NCBI GenBank assembly: GCA_002633005.1
Contig: NMRA01000222.1
Location: 401,635-465,634 of the forward strand
Direction of reading: 5' to 3'
Length of the DNA: 64,000 nucleotides
Source: Phoronis australis
Taxonomy: Eukaryota > Animalia > Phoronida
Shown: in pieces, positions 13,959 to 27,616 of the stretch
Position numbering within the stretch: position 1 is the first letter of the stretch
How the letters are laid out: the number at the start of each line of letters is the position of its first letter
The notes under the pieces: model-generated
What the model saw: the letters and a program-made list of their open reading frames with translations, nothing else
The model's database searches: none
Told to the model about the DNA's origin: nothing
Made by a program: the position numbers and the translations under genes

Positions 13959-14623
13959 CACTATAAACATCACTTAACTCATTTCGTCTCACGGTGTTAG
14001 TAGTGCTGGCATATTTAATACCATGTTTTGAAAGTTATTTTCCTCAACAGATATTTGCTAACAACTCCATTGTTTTGTGCTTGTTTGAAAATGAACAACT
14101 CTTGGTATTGCCTTCATAAGCCAAGCAGTGTCACAACAGTAATACAACGCATGTCAATGCCGAAGACGCAGCTAGCCTGATGAATCAGCTACGTGACAAC
14201 AGGTCGTCATCACTTGCTCTTGTATAAATAAATGTTGGATTTAACGATGGCTTATTTTTTAGTGTTTAACTTAAATTTTATACTTGCTTACATGTGAAAG
14301 CATTTATCATGAAAGAAAGAGCAGAAAAATAAATGTCCCAATAATCCCCTTTAAGTAAAAACGACGCGAAAATTCCCAAGTAAAAACACTGATAAAAGTC
14401 TCCTTTTAGAAGGTACAGACACCTTTCCCCTCAGGTGAAGGCCCTGGACATACATACTTCGCTACCCGGCATGGACAGCATTGCGTAACGCTTTTGAGAT
14501 ACCACAAATGTTAGCTTTTAATTACGTTTTGCTACACAGATTTAATCCATTACACTGGTGTCATAAATGACCTATATGGATCAAACAAGAGAATAAAGTA
14601 TACAACAAAATGTAATTTCATAC

Positions 14624-14839
14624 CTGTATGCCTTGAGCCTTTGAATTGAGCGCACGGACAAAGTGCTGTGTGTTGCTAGGTGACACATCTCCACAGTCGA
14701 CATGGCGACACTGCAACCTCGGAGGGACTGTGGTTACTTGCCAGTCCCCCTGCCGTATGTAGCGAGTCTCTTCAGCAAAGTCAGGTAAGGAGTTGGTTTC
14801 TTCGAATTTAACTTTAGTGATCAGCCTCTTACGTAATAC
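14624..14839 (-). CDS. MLS: Malate synthase coding exon 3 (72 aa)
   Basis: Acceptor ttgctcag, donor GTATGA; encodes LPDFAEETRYIRQGDWQV...ALNSKAQGIQ. Confidence 0.9.
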
Positions 14840-17800
14840 CTGAGCAATCGAGTAAAGAGTAATTATTTCTTTGCTGTGCATTAAAAGATAAAATTCATCT
14901 AGTTCAACAACAGCTGAATTACATAAAGCAAGGGGTATATGGAGTGGATGGGTGTCAGTCCATTTCAACCTTTGAATTACAGTATAACATGCAACATGCA
15001 CTTTTAACATTTCATTGAAATTGTAGCCGAGTTGTATTATACATTTATCCCATATGCATGTGAAAATACAAGTATAGTATGCCTCGCTTTCTTTACTGTG
15101 AATTTTTTTGACATAATGGTCTGATTGCATTCCTTGACTCTTCCTCATTGGTAGCGTAAAATCTGCTTTTTGCGATACAGTCCTTATCTCAAGTTCTGCA
15201 AATCAGCACAGTTTCCACAGGAAAATGATTCTCATTTGATTTAGGCCAGAACAGAAGCACGAACTTTAAAATTAGCGCGTAAGTAAATAACGACATATCT
15301 ATCCAACATTTCAGTTTATTACTCTAAACCACTGTCAAGGAAACAGTTCACAGACTATTTACAGTCCAGAAACTACGACACAAAAAATAGACCTAGAAAA
15401 CTAAGAAACTCATCGAAGGTAAAACGGCACACAGCAGATCATACAACTGATCAGTTAATGCTTCTGCATCAATTGTGATTTTCCCGGATGGATTGTAATA
15501 AGTTTTCGACGAGCTTTTAATATTTATTTATTGAATGGCTCATTGTTTAAATTTGAATATTTCACAAACTAAATATTCTTATAAATTTAATATGAAGTAC
15601 TAGATATTAAACAACACAGATTATCTTATCATTTAACTGGTGCGGGTAAGCTTGGCATATATATGACGTCATGCAACAAGCCAAAGCACATGGTAACAAG
15701 ATATCGCCGCGATGCAAATGAGTTCATACAAATGGGACACTCAAATAGGTTATCCTGCATACGCAGGAATACTGCCACCATATTCTATCTCAAATCCATT
15801 TCATCTGGGAATGTCCCAACGAGACCAAAAGTCCAGTTGGGACATTCCCAGATGAAATGAATTCTCAACCAACAAAAAAGTTGTTTGTTAATTCTTGCCG
15901 TTGTATTTCTGATGTACTCACATTTGCACAAAACTAACAATTTTTGAAGCGTGACATATTTCAATAGACACTGCCATCACTCACAAGCTTTACAGCGAAC
16001 TGGCCAATGAGTTGGTTCAAATGTGTGCACATACGAAGACAGTTTCACGCGTACACATTATTCACGCAGTCGCATTTTTAAAACTGAGCCTCTTTTACGT
16101 TTTAAAAACAATGCATTCTGCACTTAAATCACAACGCAAAGCGTGATTTTTATCACGTGCCTCGTTATATTTACGTCTCGCATGTATTGTTTTCAAACCT
16201 GAAGAGGCTCACTAATAAAATGGCAACTGTGTGAATAAGGTCCATAAGACATGAAAAATGGCTTTGCAGTTTGGGTTGATATCGTAAGATCAAAAATGAC
16301 AAAAACTGCCATCATAAGAAGCTTCAATGCACTTGTAAAGAACATGTTTACGTACTGATCTAAATATCTAAAAAAATATTGATTGCATATCTTTTTTGCA
16401 AGTATAAGGCACGTAGAATCTGCTCTTTGACTTTTCATCAATCTGCCATGAATTGGGTCACGCGACTACGTCTTTTCAGAAAAATTTAGCGAAAAAACGA
16501 AAGCTACATTGATAACGAAACAAGAGTAACAATAACAAGACCAAATTTCACTTGATAGACAATCTAGATCAACCAGTTACAAAGCCCCAGTTGCATACCT
16601 GATCAACCTCTTGATCAAATGTTCGCACCAACTCGGCCACAAACTTAACAGCTTCTGCTGTCAGCAGGCAGGTGTAGTAAGCTTCGCATCCAACCGGAGG
16701 AGCCTCAACTTCAACGTCAGCGATGCCAAGCTTTCATATGAAAAAAGTTCAACAATCCTATCTTCCGAGTTTCACATTGAATTTCAAAGTCAATAGTGTA
16801 AATTACAAAGAATGTGAAATCAACAGCAATAAAGGTACTACTAAACTATTTTTCACACAATAACAAAATTTTAAGGCCCACAGTGTACATCACCTACACT
16901 GTTGTGGTACAAGGTCAAAAAACTAGAGTGACTTTGGTGCAGGGACCTGTTTCACTAAAATACAATATCTCGACGGTCTTTTTACAGAATCTAAATGAAA
17001 ACTTAAGTTTTGGCATGAGTCTCCATTAAGACTCTGTAAAAACATCATTAAGTAACAACATTATCGTGGAACAGGATCCAACGTATCAACAGGTGTGCAT
17101 ACTGTAGGTAACTGATACATTATGGGTTGAAAATCATACAAGCACAGAATACTGCGCAATAACACCAAGGCAGTGACTGGTTCTATTAATCATGGATTAT
17201 TCATAAATTAATTCTGAAAAACGTAGTTGTGCCAATCCTACCTGATAACCGTTATTAAGTCTAACATGTCCAAAGCAAATACGACGAGAGTACTTTGCAG
17301 GAGTAACAGCAAAAGAATTTCTTCATGACAAGTTGGGAGGATTTAAAGACATTGAAAGCCCCCAAAAGCAATAGCATTCCTCCATGCATGACAGGAACCC
17401 ATAGTCAGGGCCATCTCTTACATTCACCAAGAATTTTTCCTCCCACCGTCACCACCAATTAAAAGGACTGTGTGAGTTAAAAGCGATGCAACAGTTGAGG
17501 GGAATATTTTAGCGTGATGAGGGGAATTACGCACGATTTCAAAATATTTTTTTCAGAGAGAAATGAAGAAAAAATTTAGCCCTGGTGAGCAAAGGTAAGG
17601 CAGAATTTACAGAAAGCTTCCAGTGAACAACACTTTGGGATCTGTATCAACCCAAACAAACCGTACACAAGGTCCTCGTTTGTGCTGCCACATTGGAAGA
17701 ACTTAAGGGTATCGCAGGTAATTTAATTTGCATAAAAGCTTCTGTCGTACACAGAGCTTTATTAGAAAGTGTGACCACCTCCACAGGTGGCCTTTGAACC

Positions 17801-19304
17801 AAGCTCTATCTCGGCTGTGAAGGCTTGAAGATCAAATTAAGTTTTAATGTTCAACAAAAAAGGTTCGAGACAGGAAAGAACATCCCAATTTCGTTGGGTT
17901 TCGTAGTTTTCACTGCATTTTCAAACAGTTGGAACTCTGCTCACAGTATTGAGGCCAATTATGATATGGCTGTGGTAGTCTGTTACCAAATAGTGGTCCC
18001 TAAAGTTCTTAAATTGTCTTCACTTGCACATAAGTCTTGCACAAGTAAACAACAAGCTAAAATTGAATCACAAAGATGCTCCCGATTTAAAGAGCCTCGT
18101 TCATTCAGTACATAACCTGCACAGTTGTCTGGTTCTCAAAATCAGGAATCACCAAATGGGACTATTGTGAGAGCCTCTTTGAGCGGTGTTGAGCTGACCT
18201 GGGTACTGTTGATATCTGCCGCTTCAAGATCACTGGCCAAACTTACGGCGCTAGTAAGCAACTGCTAGTTTCTGACAAATCCGAAGTTGGCCTATTGTCC
18301 TTGCAGAAAATTCCTTCTTCTTTCTAACGCTGTGCAAATTTCACACTTTTCTTGACTAACCTACGTCACTTCCGGGTCATTAAAGCCAGTAACGGATGAC
18401 ACAATTAACACATCAGGAAGACGCCTGTATCTTAGAATAAAGTCTTCAGAAATGTTTCCATTTATCGAAAATCAACCAGGCAGTAAATCCAAACACCTGT
18501 GGTATGTTTTATTTTTAGTTTTGGAACAAAAATAACAACGCAGAAAATTTAGCTCAAGGCCAACTTGTAGTGTCCCTAGCCTATCTGACAAGGTGACAAG
18601 CTGAACTAAAATAATTTTGTGATTCTTCCAAGACAGTTACTTGTTTAATTATGGGCATAAATATACACAAGCTACAACACCATTATTGTACGATTATCCA
18701 TAGTTATTCCCAGTGGGAGATGAACGTTTAGATGGGCAATGCATGCTGCTATGATGCTCTTGTGTGTGGTTTGGCCCACTGTGCTGAATGCAGATGACCA
18801 ACGTCAACATTAAGCGAATGTGGCAAATTTGAAAACCAACTTGATGCATGTTGCCTCATCGACATCGGTTTCTTGATTATGCACACAACTCAACTTAACG
18901 CCTAACGGACCTAGATTTCTGTTGTGAAAGTGTTGACAGCAACACGCAGAGCCTGGAATTCCTTTCTGCGCTTGGTTGGCTCATAAAGGTGCCTGTGGCC
19001 CGACTTGAATATTACTCTCACAAGAAAATAGGCTAGGGTGGCCTCTACAACCGTGACAGTACAAGACGGCTCGGGATCCAAGGCCAGGACGCCAGGACGG
19101 GACGTTGATCTTGGCTTGATGCGATTAAATCTGACTAGAGTTTACATCGTGAGAATTTCCTGCACTCGTTACCTTTCTTAATTCTTTGTACAAATGCAAC
19201 TGTTCTGGGTATTGTTGTGCTGTAGTTGCATTGGCCAGAACTTTATTTTGAAACGTTCCATTCACGTGTTTTGCCAAAACCCAAACTCTTCGTGTAGCCG
19301 ACAT
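14624..19304 (-). CDS. MLS: Malate synthase (glyoxylate-cycle enzyme, animal type), N-terminal 160 aa; 3' exons not found in the window
   Basis: Three phase-0 exons (19173-19304, 16599-16730, 14624-14839) with canonical GT-AG join in frame: MSATRRVWVLAKHV...ELRK|LGIADVEVEAPP...LLTAEAVKFVAELVRTFDQEVDQ|VLRKR...LPDFAEETRYIRQGDWQV..VPPRLQCRHVDCGDVSPSN..FVRALNSKAQGIQ. This matches malate synthase A motifs (LTxEAxxFxAxLxRxF; LPDFLPETxxIRxGDWxVAPxP; ALNSGA preceding D-F-E/D-D). Confidence 0.88.
16599..16730 (-). CDS. MLS: Malate synthase coding exon 2 (44 aa)
   Basis: Acceptor ttttttcatatgaaag with an in-frame TGA just upstream, donor GTATGC; encodes LGIADVEVEAPPVGCEAYYTCLLTAEAVKFVAELVRTFDQEVDQ. 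Confidence 0.85.
19173..19304 (-). CDS. MLS: Malate synthase first coding exon (44 aa; exon begins at 19366)
   Basis: Start aacATGt, donor AAG|GTAACG in phase 0 matching the next exon, upstream acceptor ttctaccgcag at 19367. Confidence 0.65.
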
Positions 19305-19442
19305 GTTCTTGCAGTACAGCAGCGACACCTTGTAGCGGCTAAGGCTATGAACACATAGCTAATAACCTGCGGTAGAACAGTGATCAGTAGTAAAAAGTAT
19401 TCACTGACCTAGTCAAAATACATCATTTATAAAAGCGCTTAC

Positions 19443-19740
19443 TTTCTTCAGCGATGTTTTCTGGTTCTATATATACGATCATCAGAAGCATGTGTCGTCA
19501 TAAAGGAATCAAGACATGACAGGCTTCCAAGAATTCCGATTCCACTCACTCGAATCGCCGTCAAGAAATTTCCCCGCTCAGGCTCGCGATGCTCAGGCCG
19601 GCAACGGAATAATTGGTTCTTGTCTCTTTTTGTTTTGAAAATCGAATCCTTGGTGTATTTTTAGTGCACCACCAACGAAGGTGCAAAGAAAATGACAAAG
19701 GGCGACAACGTGGCGGCAAAAAGGCGTTCGGGTGCTTTGT
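19443..19740 (-). promoter_or_regulatory. Putative 5'UTR exon 1 and promoter region of malate synthase
   Basis: Donor GTAAGC at 19442 opens a 76-nt intron (19367-19442) with a pyrimidine tract. A CpG-richer segment lies at 19550-19740. The transcription start cannot be placed precisely. Confidence 0.45.
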
Positions 19741-22700
19741 ATTATTCAGTGAGTGACAGAGAAAAATTCAAATTGAAGCTTGACCTGTCTGTTTTGTGAA
19801 AAATTGGCATAAGATTTGGTTTTACGCTCCCACCTCACAATTGCTGAATAAAGGTTTAGCCAAGTAATTATAAGAGCATCACTGTCTAGAAATATTTTAT
19901 AGAAAATTCTCCAGTATCTAGCAGTTATGTCACTATTCTAAGAGACCTTTGCTACTTTGCTAAGTGAGATGTAGTTACTTTTCAGTAGTTGTTATGTGGA
20001 GTACACGATATCTATTTTAAGTCAATCTCTGTTGGTTGACCCCCCGAGGGCTAGAAGTCAAATATATTTAACTGAAGTTGATGACTGCCAACCTACGTCA
20101 AAATATCCCGAAGCACCAAAAGGTTATTTCGGGTTGGTAAAAATCATCAAGCTCATGTTGCTGTTCGGGATCGGATGAAGTAAATTTTCCTTAGTTTCAG
20201 CTTTCATTTAAGTTCACTGTAACGCCGTCAGTTACAAGAATAGCTTCTATTGTAAAATCTCGTCTTTAAATGTTCGATTTTCGTAGGTATGCAAATTAGA
20301 AACCTTTGAACCCTTGCAGGTTACGAGAAGAAAATAACCCGTTACATGTTAGTATTGTCGCATGGCAACCAAAGACACAAACACTTGTCTTTTGAGTTAA
20401 ACTGCAGGTTTTTGGGTTGCAACAATTTTTTCACATTCGCAATTTACTATATGGATTTTATAGAATTCCCATGTGCATGCTCTCAGATACTTGATCAGTG
20501 GACAATTGGGACGATCGTGGAAGACGCAATACGGCCACTGGAGGTTTGAAGGGTCCTCCCCCAACAAATTGTCAGAATTTGTTCATGTTAATGCGAATTC
20601 TGGTTCATTCTAGTGGTAGCCTGTTAAGGTTTATAAGTTAAACTTTTACTCAAAAACTTTCAGAAATCTTTGTTTACGATTGCTATCCGTGTACTTGGAG
20701 AACCGCAGTCCGTCAGACATTTTTTATCGTTATCATTTTTTCAATACAAGCTCAGAATTTCGATTGTTTGTCTGACCCACACTTTTTAACGTTACTGTGT
20801 TTCACATGGACATGTTTTATTTTTTGACGAATCAAACCCTCGTGACAGTCGATGGATTTAGTAAGGGGCAGTCTGGTGCCCAGGGCCGCCCCTCCAACTG
20901 AAGAGAGGATCTCGTCTGAAAGGGGTTCCTCAATATAGAAGGATGTACACGTAACTTTAAATGTAAAAGTGCGACTCACAATTGTCGGGTTTACAGCTCC
21001 TCTCTGTGAGCGGCACCTTTATAAATAGGGTATAAATAAAAGACAAGAGTCGTCGAGGTCATGTTTACAATCAACAGGCTCCCTCTTTGGCTCTACAAAC
21101 GATAAATTCAAGGATATGAAACTGATGCTTTCGACATCAGGACCATTCATCGCCAGGTTCAAAATTGTCATCAAGTGGTATCCTGTTTCAAAACGACAAC
21201 AGAAAAGCAGAGCGACAGGCAACTTCATTACCAGGGGGAGCCCAACGAGATATGCAGTTTTACAAATCCCTGAAAACTGTCTCATTTTGAATTTTAAAAC
21301 TTCCCTCAAATTCTTTTGAAATCCCAGCATAAAAAGTTTCCTCAGGCTTTTTCAAAGTATGTTTGATTCAAAGAGCACGTTTTCAAGTGCGTTTGGAGAA
21401 TCTTTACAGGCCGAAAAAATGGAATACCTTAAACAAAACCATCCTGGCCAGGATCCCTAAAGAGACTATAAATACAGCACTGGTAACTGAAAATGTTTTG
21501 TCAAACTCTCTTTGTTTCGCATATTCCGCCGTGTCTTTCTCTTTTTCTAACCCTCCTTCCCCCTTTCCGAGGCCTTATGCCGGTTGCAACGGTTTTAAGG
21601 CTACGAATCATTTGGGGTGCGCGTGGCCCCGTCCCCTCGCTTCTTACGACCCTGCTTAGCCAAAATACATATGATTTGTTATCTAAAAAGGACTGAAAAT
21701 TAACAATTGTTTAAGACAAGGCTTCACAAGTTGACTTGACACGTGGTACGCCGAGCCCGGTCACGTAGAGGGATAACTAAATGTCAGTTCTTTGCTAAAC
21801 TAATAATCTCGTCTAACCGTCTTAGGAGCATATTGACAACAAAGGTTATTTTTTTCGACGAGCCGCGGGTTCATTAGTGCTAAATTAGTAAGCACGCTTC
21901 GGAGATTTTGTTATGAGTAGGTACTGTTACATAGACGGATTTAGAGGGGGCAGGGGGCCCGGACCCGCTCCCCTTGGCTGCCGCAAGGAAAATGAAGCAA
22001 CAACAGCGTCAAGTGTGGGTGAGAAATATTGAGTTCAGTAACTAGAATAGGTAACGGAATCGTGTTCCCTTTTCTTAGTCCACCGATAGATTTTCTGAAC
22101 AGATGGTTCACATCCCCGGCCCTGCTAGCAACTGTGCACATACCATCGCGCTTTGCCCAATTCCCCGAGGCAACGTGCTGGACCACCCTTATGATCCCTA
22201 GATCCACGACTGATGTTAGGTTGGTCAGGAACAGGACCACGACGGTTTGACCTGTCTGAGGAAATTAAACATAAAACGAAAACTGGCGATGTGGTTACTT
22301 TTATGTGTCGGCCTACATCAGAAAATCGCTAAGTGTTAACCATGCATCATGCACGGTCAACTGGCAAATAATTGTTGAGCTATTACGGTGCATAATTGAC
22401 GTTCGTAGGCTAAATTATCACTGTTATTTTGCGAGAAGGCTGTCAGAGTTCAAATGTGATCAACGAAATAATACGCTCCCGGTCTCCATGGTACCGGCTG
22501 GAAAATAAACCACCTGCAAAGTTGCGAATAAAACGATTCAAGTGGCTTTAAACCCACAATATGTCCCAAAAGCGAGCTTTTTATTCAGATCCCCTACCGC
22601 AATAAAATTGGTCTGAAATAGATCAGTAGATCAAATAGTAGCGTCCATTGCAGCTCGGCGCATATGACGCGCCAAATGCAACGAGCTGAAGTTAGTTCAG

Positions 22701-22775
22701 TACCAAAATCGCGCCATTTTTGCGAACTTTGCTTGAAGGAAGGACCGCTACCTTAAAACGTACTAGTTTGTAATT

Positions 22776-22850
22776 TTGTCTGTATGTGTACGTGTATGTA
22801 CGTACGTGCGTATAGTTTCGTCTGCATGTATGTATGTATGCATGCATTTG
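22776..22850. repeat. Degenerate (TATG/TACG)n microsatellite; a similar tract lies at 23658-23725
   Basis: TGTATGTGTACGTGTATGTACGTACG...CATGTATGTATGTATGCATG. Confidence 0.7.
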
Positions 22851-25846
22851 ATTAAATACGCGACACTTGTCGTTATTAACAGTCTTTATTCCGTTACGAA
22901 CATGATTAAAAGACGCAAGTCTCTTGGTCAATTGCTTCACCAATATTCTGTTGAGTGTAGAATTTTATTCCGAGCATACGAACGGAACGGAATAAAGACT
23001 GTTCAAGTGTCTTGTATTAAATCAATTTTGCCGGAAAACTTGCTCCCGAAGTATAGTCATGCATACATATAAGATATACGTACGAAATTATATTATGCAA
23101 ACGTGTGGAGATCAACAATTTTTAATCTTTCACTTTAATTTCACACTACTTTGTAACCCCTTGGTTGCGCTTGACGGCATGGGATTCCGCCGGGTTGCGC
23201 CCAACAGAGGGCATGCGCTCTGAACGCAAGTGCAGAAAGCCAGCGCTGGTGGATCCGTAATCTTTTAGCAAGATTTGCCGCCACGACATACAGCGTAAAA
23301 AATCACGAAATTCATGGCCGAAATTGGAACTAAAGAAAGTGTTTCATTGGCCGGGAAACTCACCAAACATTCTGATGAAACCTGTGGTCTATTGGCCAAC
23401 ATCGATTGATAATATGCGACTGATAGAAACACTCAGTCAAGGTCTGCACCGAGACCCCAAGATCTTGACAGATGGCCTAGCGCAAAACTCTCGTATATTC
23501 TGTTCCAAATCGTGTTTTTTGAGAAGCATTTTAAAAAATGCTTCTCAAAAACAAAGGTAGTCCTACTGTGATAAGCGAACGACTGAAATCAAATGACATT
23601 ACTGTTGACAATACGGCATTTTTTCGCGTTTTCATTCTTTTATGGAATTAATTTGAAGACGTACATATGCATGTGCGTATGCACGCACGTATGTATGTAC
23701 TAGGTGTGTGCGTATGTAACTATGAACGAATGAATAAAGTCCCCGTGTCTCTCTTGGCTGTCTCTCTCTATGCCTGACTGTCTAGGGTGAAATAATACAA
23801 CACTTATAAAATGACTCAGCTTCGTTGATTACGATTGTGAAGATTACATGTAGGCCTATCTCATTTCTTAACGCTTCGTGACTCCGCCTAGGCCAGAAAA
23901 AAGGGAAAGTGTTATAAATCGAGGTATGCACACGTGGTAAAAATAGTCCTTAGAGAGCATGATCACTGCGCAATATATTTTCCATCCCAACTAGTTTAAA
24001 CGCCGACCCAGTGACGTGACTACGCACGCTTTCAGAGGCACAAAGACACGCAACTTTAAATGACGATAAAAGAAATGTGAATAGTCGAACAACACCTACT
24101 GCCACTGTATCTCGACTAATACTGTCGTGAAATAACTTGAACTACTTCATTCTGACACTGAACGTTAACACTGCTATAAACCGCTTTTGGTCATCAAAAA
24201 ATTAGACCACTTCCGATGTAAAATTGATATCACTTCATTACCTACTCAGGTGATGGCTGATTTCTAGGCTTAGGAAGACTTTGACAAGTTAGCAGTGTTT
24301 GAGACTCGCAAAATGGCGCGTCATGCACAAACCAATGAACTCAACGACCCTAGTCTAAAACAAAAAATGTCTTTTCAACTCAAGTCCAAGGCCCAGTCTC
24401 TAATTTTTTTACTCGAAATGGAACTCGAAAATTATGTTAATGTTAGGCATTTTCTACTCTACTTTTGTGCGAAATTAAGATAAGTGTCTATTACTATATG
24501 CTCGAGTTCATAATGACTTACGTGGATAATTTAGTAGTCCTTGTTTGCAGTTGATAAACAAAAAACCCAAAAGTTCGAGTTTGAACTCGAGTTTGTAGCA
24601 CGAATATAAGGGTCATCAAGTGGCAACTTGGACTAGAAACTAGTATGCATAAACTATAAATGTACTCGAGCACTGTCAGACAACCACTTATCTTGAGTTC
24701 GCACAAAAAGAGCAGAGAAATAGCCAAAAATAATTTCGAGTTCGTTTCGAGTACGAAGATTAGAGACCGGGTCCAGAACTCGTTTCTAATCCGAGTAAGG
24801 AACAAGTTAAGGCCAGATTTTTAGCACAAGTGTCCTAAATCGAAAGCTATTTTTATGGAAAGTCGATTTATAGCCGCTTTAAATCAAAACGAAACAAGCG
24901 TGTGGACCAAGACATGCGAGAGACAACTTTACAGTTACTCTGATGTGTCTGCGCAATCTTGCTACGTTTGGCTTATTGGTGCAACCTATTTTTGCCCAGG
25001 ACAAGACGGCAATTACATTACAGGCATTCCCAGACGCAGACTACGGGACTAGGGTCAGACGCGGCTTTGCGGAAAAATCGTCTTGCAGTTTTGTAGCCAT
25101 ATTTTACTGGCAACTAACCTTTCTAAGGAAAACAATAGTTCAGGAAGAGCGTTAACTTTAATTAAACTGAATGACATCGAGACGTCATTAAACACACGCA
25201 CGTTGGGTCGTAGAGGTAATCAAGTTCGTGTTTAACTGCAAGCTTCGCTGAGCTGCGCCGAGCGAGTTACCAAATAATTTTCTAGCAGGCGTTTTGTTTT
25301 GAGGTTCGTCAAGCACACAACAACATTCTCCTGGATTGAAAAAGAAGTCCAAGCCGCCCAAATGTGTATGTGAGCACAGAATCTCTTATTTTGTGAAAAT
25401 TAGAAAGTTCAAAAAGATGGTGGCCACGTAATCACGCGTATATGGTTTTTGAAAATCTATTAAATCAAACAATTAATTAGGCGACGCGTTTCCTTAGAAA
25501 CAAAACAACTAGAAAAATGTTGAGTAATTTTCTAAATTGCGGCATCTGGAACTTTGCCAATTTAAGATGTGCTTTTTCTATATCGTTAGTTTTATAAGCT
25601 CGACCGGTCTATTTATAAAGACACAGTCGGTTCTCAAAGCCAGAAAAAAATGCAGTTTTGCAACCCGGATTGTCGAGTGGCAGATTTCTTAAAGTTATTA
25701 GATTTGACCAGAACCACACAGCTATTGTTATGTTATTAGACCTCCACGTAGCTTTAGAGCCTCCCTCCTCCCAATTAATTTCCTCCCTATTGCTACCACT
25801 TGGGTACCGGTGCCATTTTTTCACGAGAAATCATCACTTTTTAGAC

Positions 25847-26002
25847 CAGGGCCTTGTTGCATAAAAGTTATACGCCGTATAGAAACAATGACGTCGCATT
25901 ATCGCGCGTCTCGTTGTTATTGTTGAACAATGCACCTGACGTCATGCAACAATCGAACTTATCCAGCGGATAGCTTTTGAAGCTTTATGCATCCCAGCCC
26001 TG
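25847..26002. mobile_element. Short MITE with CAGGGC..TGCATAAA TIRs
   Basis: CAGGGCCTTGTTGCATAAAAG ... GCTTTATGCATCCCAGCCCTG. Confidence 0.65.
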
Positions 26003-27616
26003 AACAACTTACAAGCGTCCCGCGTTTAGGGGATGATAGTTTTTAATGAAATGAAGTTTATGAAGATGCTCAAAACATTTCCTGTCGGAATTACTCTTTC
26101 TTCAGGGATCATAAACGTAACGAAAGAAACTCTTATGACGGAAAGAAATACGACACTGGAGAAAAAGCATCACCTCGGAACTCAATAGATGAATCATCGT
26201 TTCGTGACCCTCGGTTACTTCGTTTACTCCGGAGAGTGAAAATGCGACATAAGGTCTAGCCTCACTTCGCAAGGGTCCAATTTGATGAAAAATCACGTTA
26301 TTATGATGGTGTTTTGAAGGTACGCTTTGAAAGGGTTGGGTAACGGAGTCCCTGGTACATTGCCCTTAAAAGAGAATGCCACCCAAAAAACAACCTATTT
26401 TGTATCAACTGAATTTAGATCGAGTAGTCTACTCGATAACAGTTCGGTTGCGTTACCTGACACCTGACGGCAGACGGAGGTGTTGAAATTATCCAATGAC
26501 GTAATTGGTTTCACACGCAGTCTGTTCAGCAGCTCACAACACGGGTTAGTGGTGTCAGCTTATCGCTTGAATTCATCGTTTAACACCAATAAATCTTCAA
26601 ACTTCGATGTAAAACCCTCAAATACACCGAGTTCTTATAAAAACGTGTTGTTTTATTTCGCTGTTACGGATTTACTGGTGAATTACCGAACACCGTACAC
26701 CGTAGCCTACCCGTGTGACAAAGTTCAGCACTGAGGCCAAAGTTACTAAGGTCCGTAGCAGGAGTTTGGGATCTGTTCGGAGATAAATTCGAAGTATTCT
26801 TCCGTGAAATACAGACAGGAGAACCTAGATCTGTGTTGTTTATACTTGTGAGTTTTTGAGTTCTACATGTAAACACACAAATCGCTTGTTATCCCGACTA
26901 GTGGCTCGGAACCCGATCAGGCCCGTCGCGGCCACCGGGACTGGCACGAACATAAACCAGCTTGAGTTGGAAACTAAACCTCCAGTCACGAAAAGACTAT
27001 AATAGTGAGCCAAAGTAATAATGTGCACGTAATTATTTATGTAAATAACTGAGCCACGAAACTGGAAACCTACTTACTTGTCGGGGGCCGCGAAGTCGGC
27101 CGGGTTCCCCTTCCACAGACCGTCAACTAAAGGCAATTTCAGGTTGTACAATAACAATGATTTGAATAATGTATTTGTATTTCTAAATAAAGATTCCCCT
27201 AACATGTGACAATAGCATATAATCGAGTAATTGCTTCACAACAGCCGAGCTTTCTGTCAGCAAACACTGAATTAGCATGCCCATACGGCCTCGGTGCCCG
27301 GTCAGTTACCTTTGTTGCCGGCATCAAAAGCCGGTAACGCAGTGGTTTATATGATTGCTGGCTTTGCAAAATATTTGCTTTAGAAGGCATTACAAATTGT
27401 ATCTAATGAGACAGAATTTGTTTCAGTTTCATATAAGCATTGGTAAGGATCATTTTAGGATGAGAACAATTCATTTTGAAACAGAACGCAGAATAATAAA
27501 CGTCTACCTGGCAACTCGCCCGGTGCCAATCCCGGCAGGCTAAGTCCAGAGCTCATCCGACGAAGACTCGGATCGTTAGGTTTCACAGGCTATCAGTTCT
27601 AACCAGAATACACTGA

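Noticed and set aside
18117-18161. Extra phase-0 malate synthase exon (SHLVIPDFENQTTVQ)
   Set aside because: The donor (GTTATG) is weak, there is no recognisable homology, and the model is complete without it.
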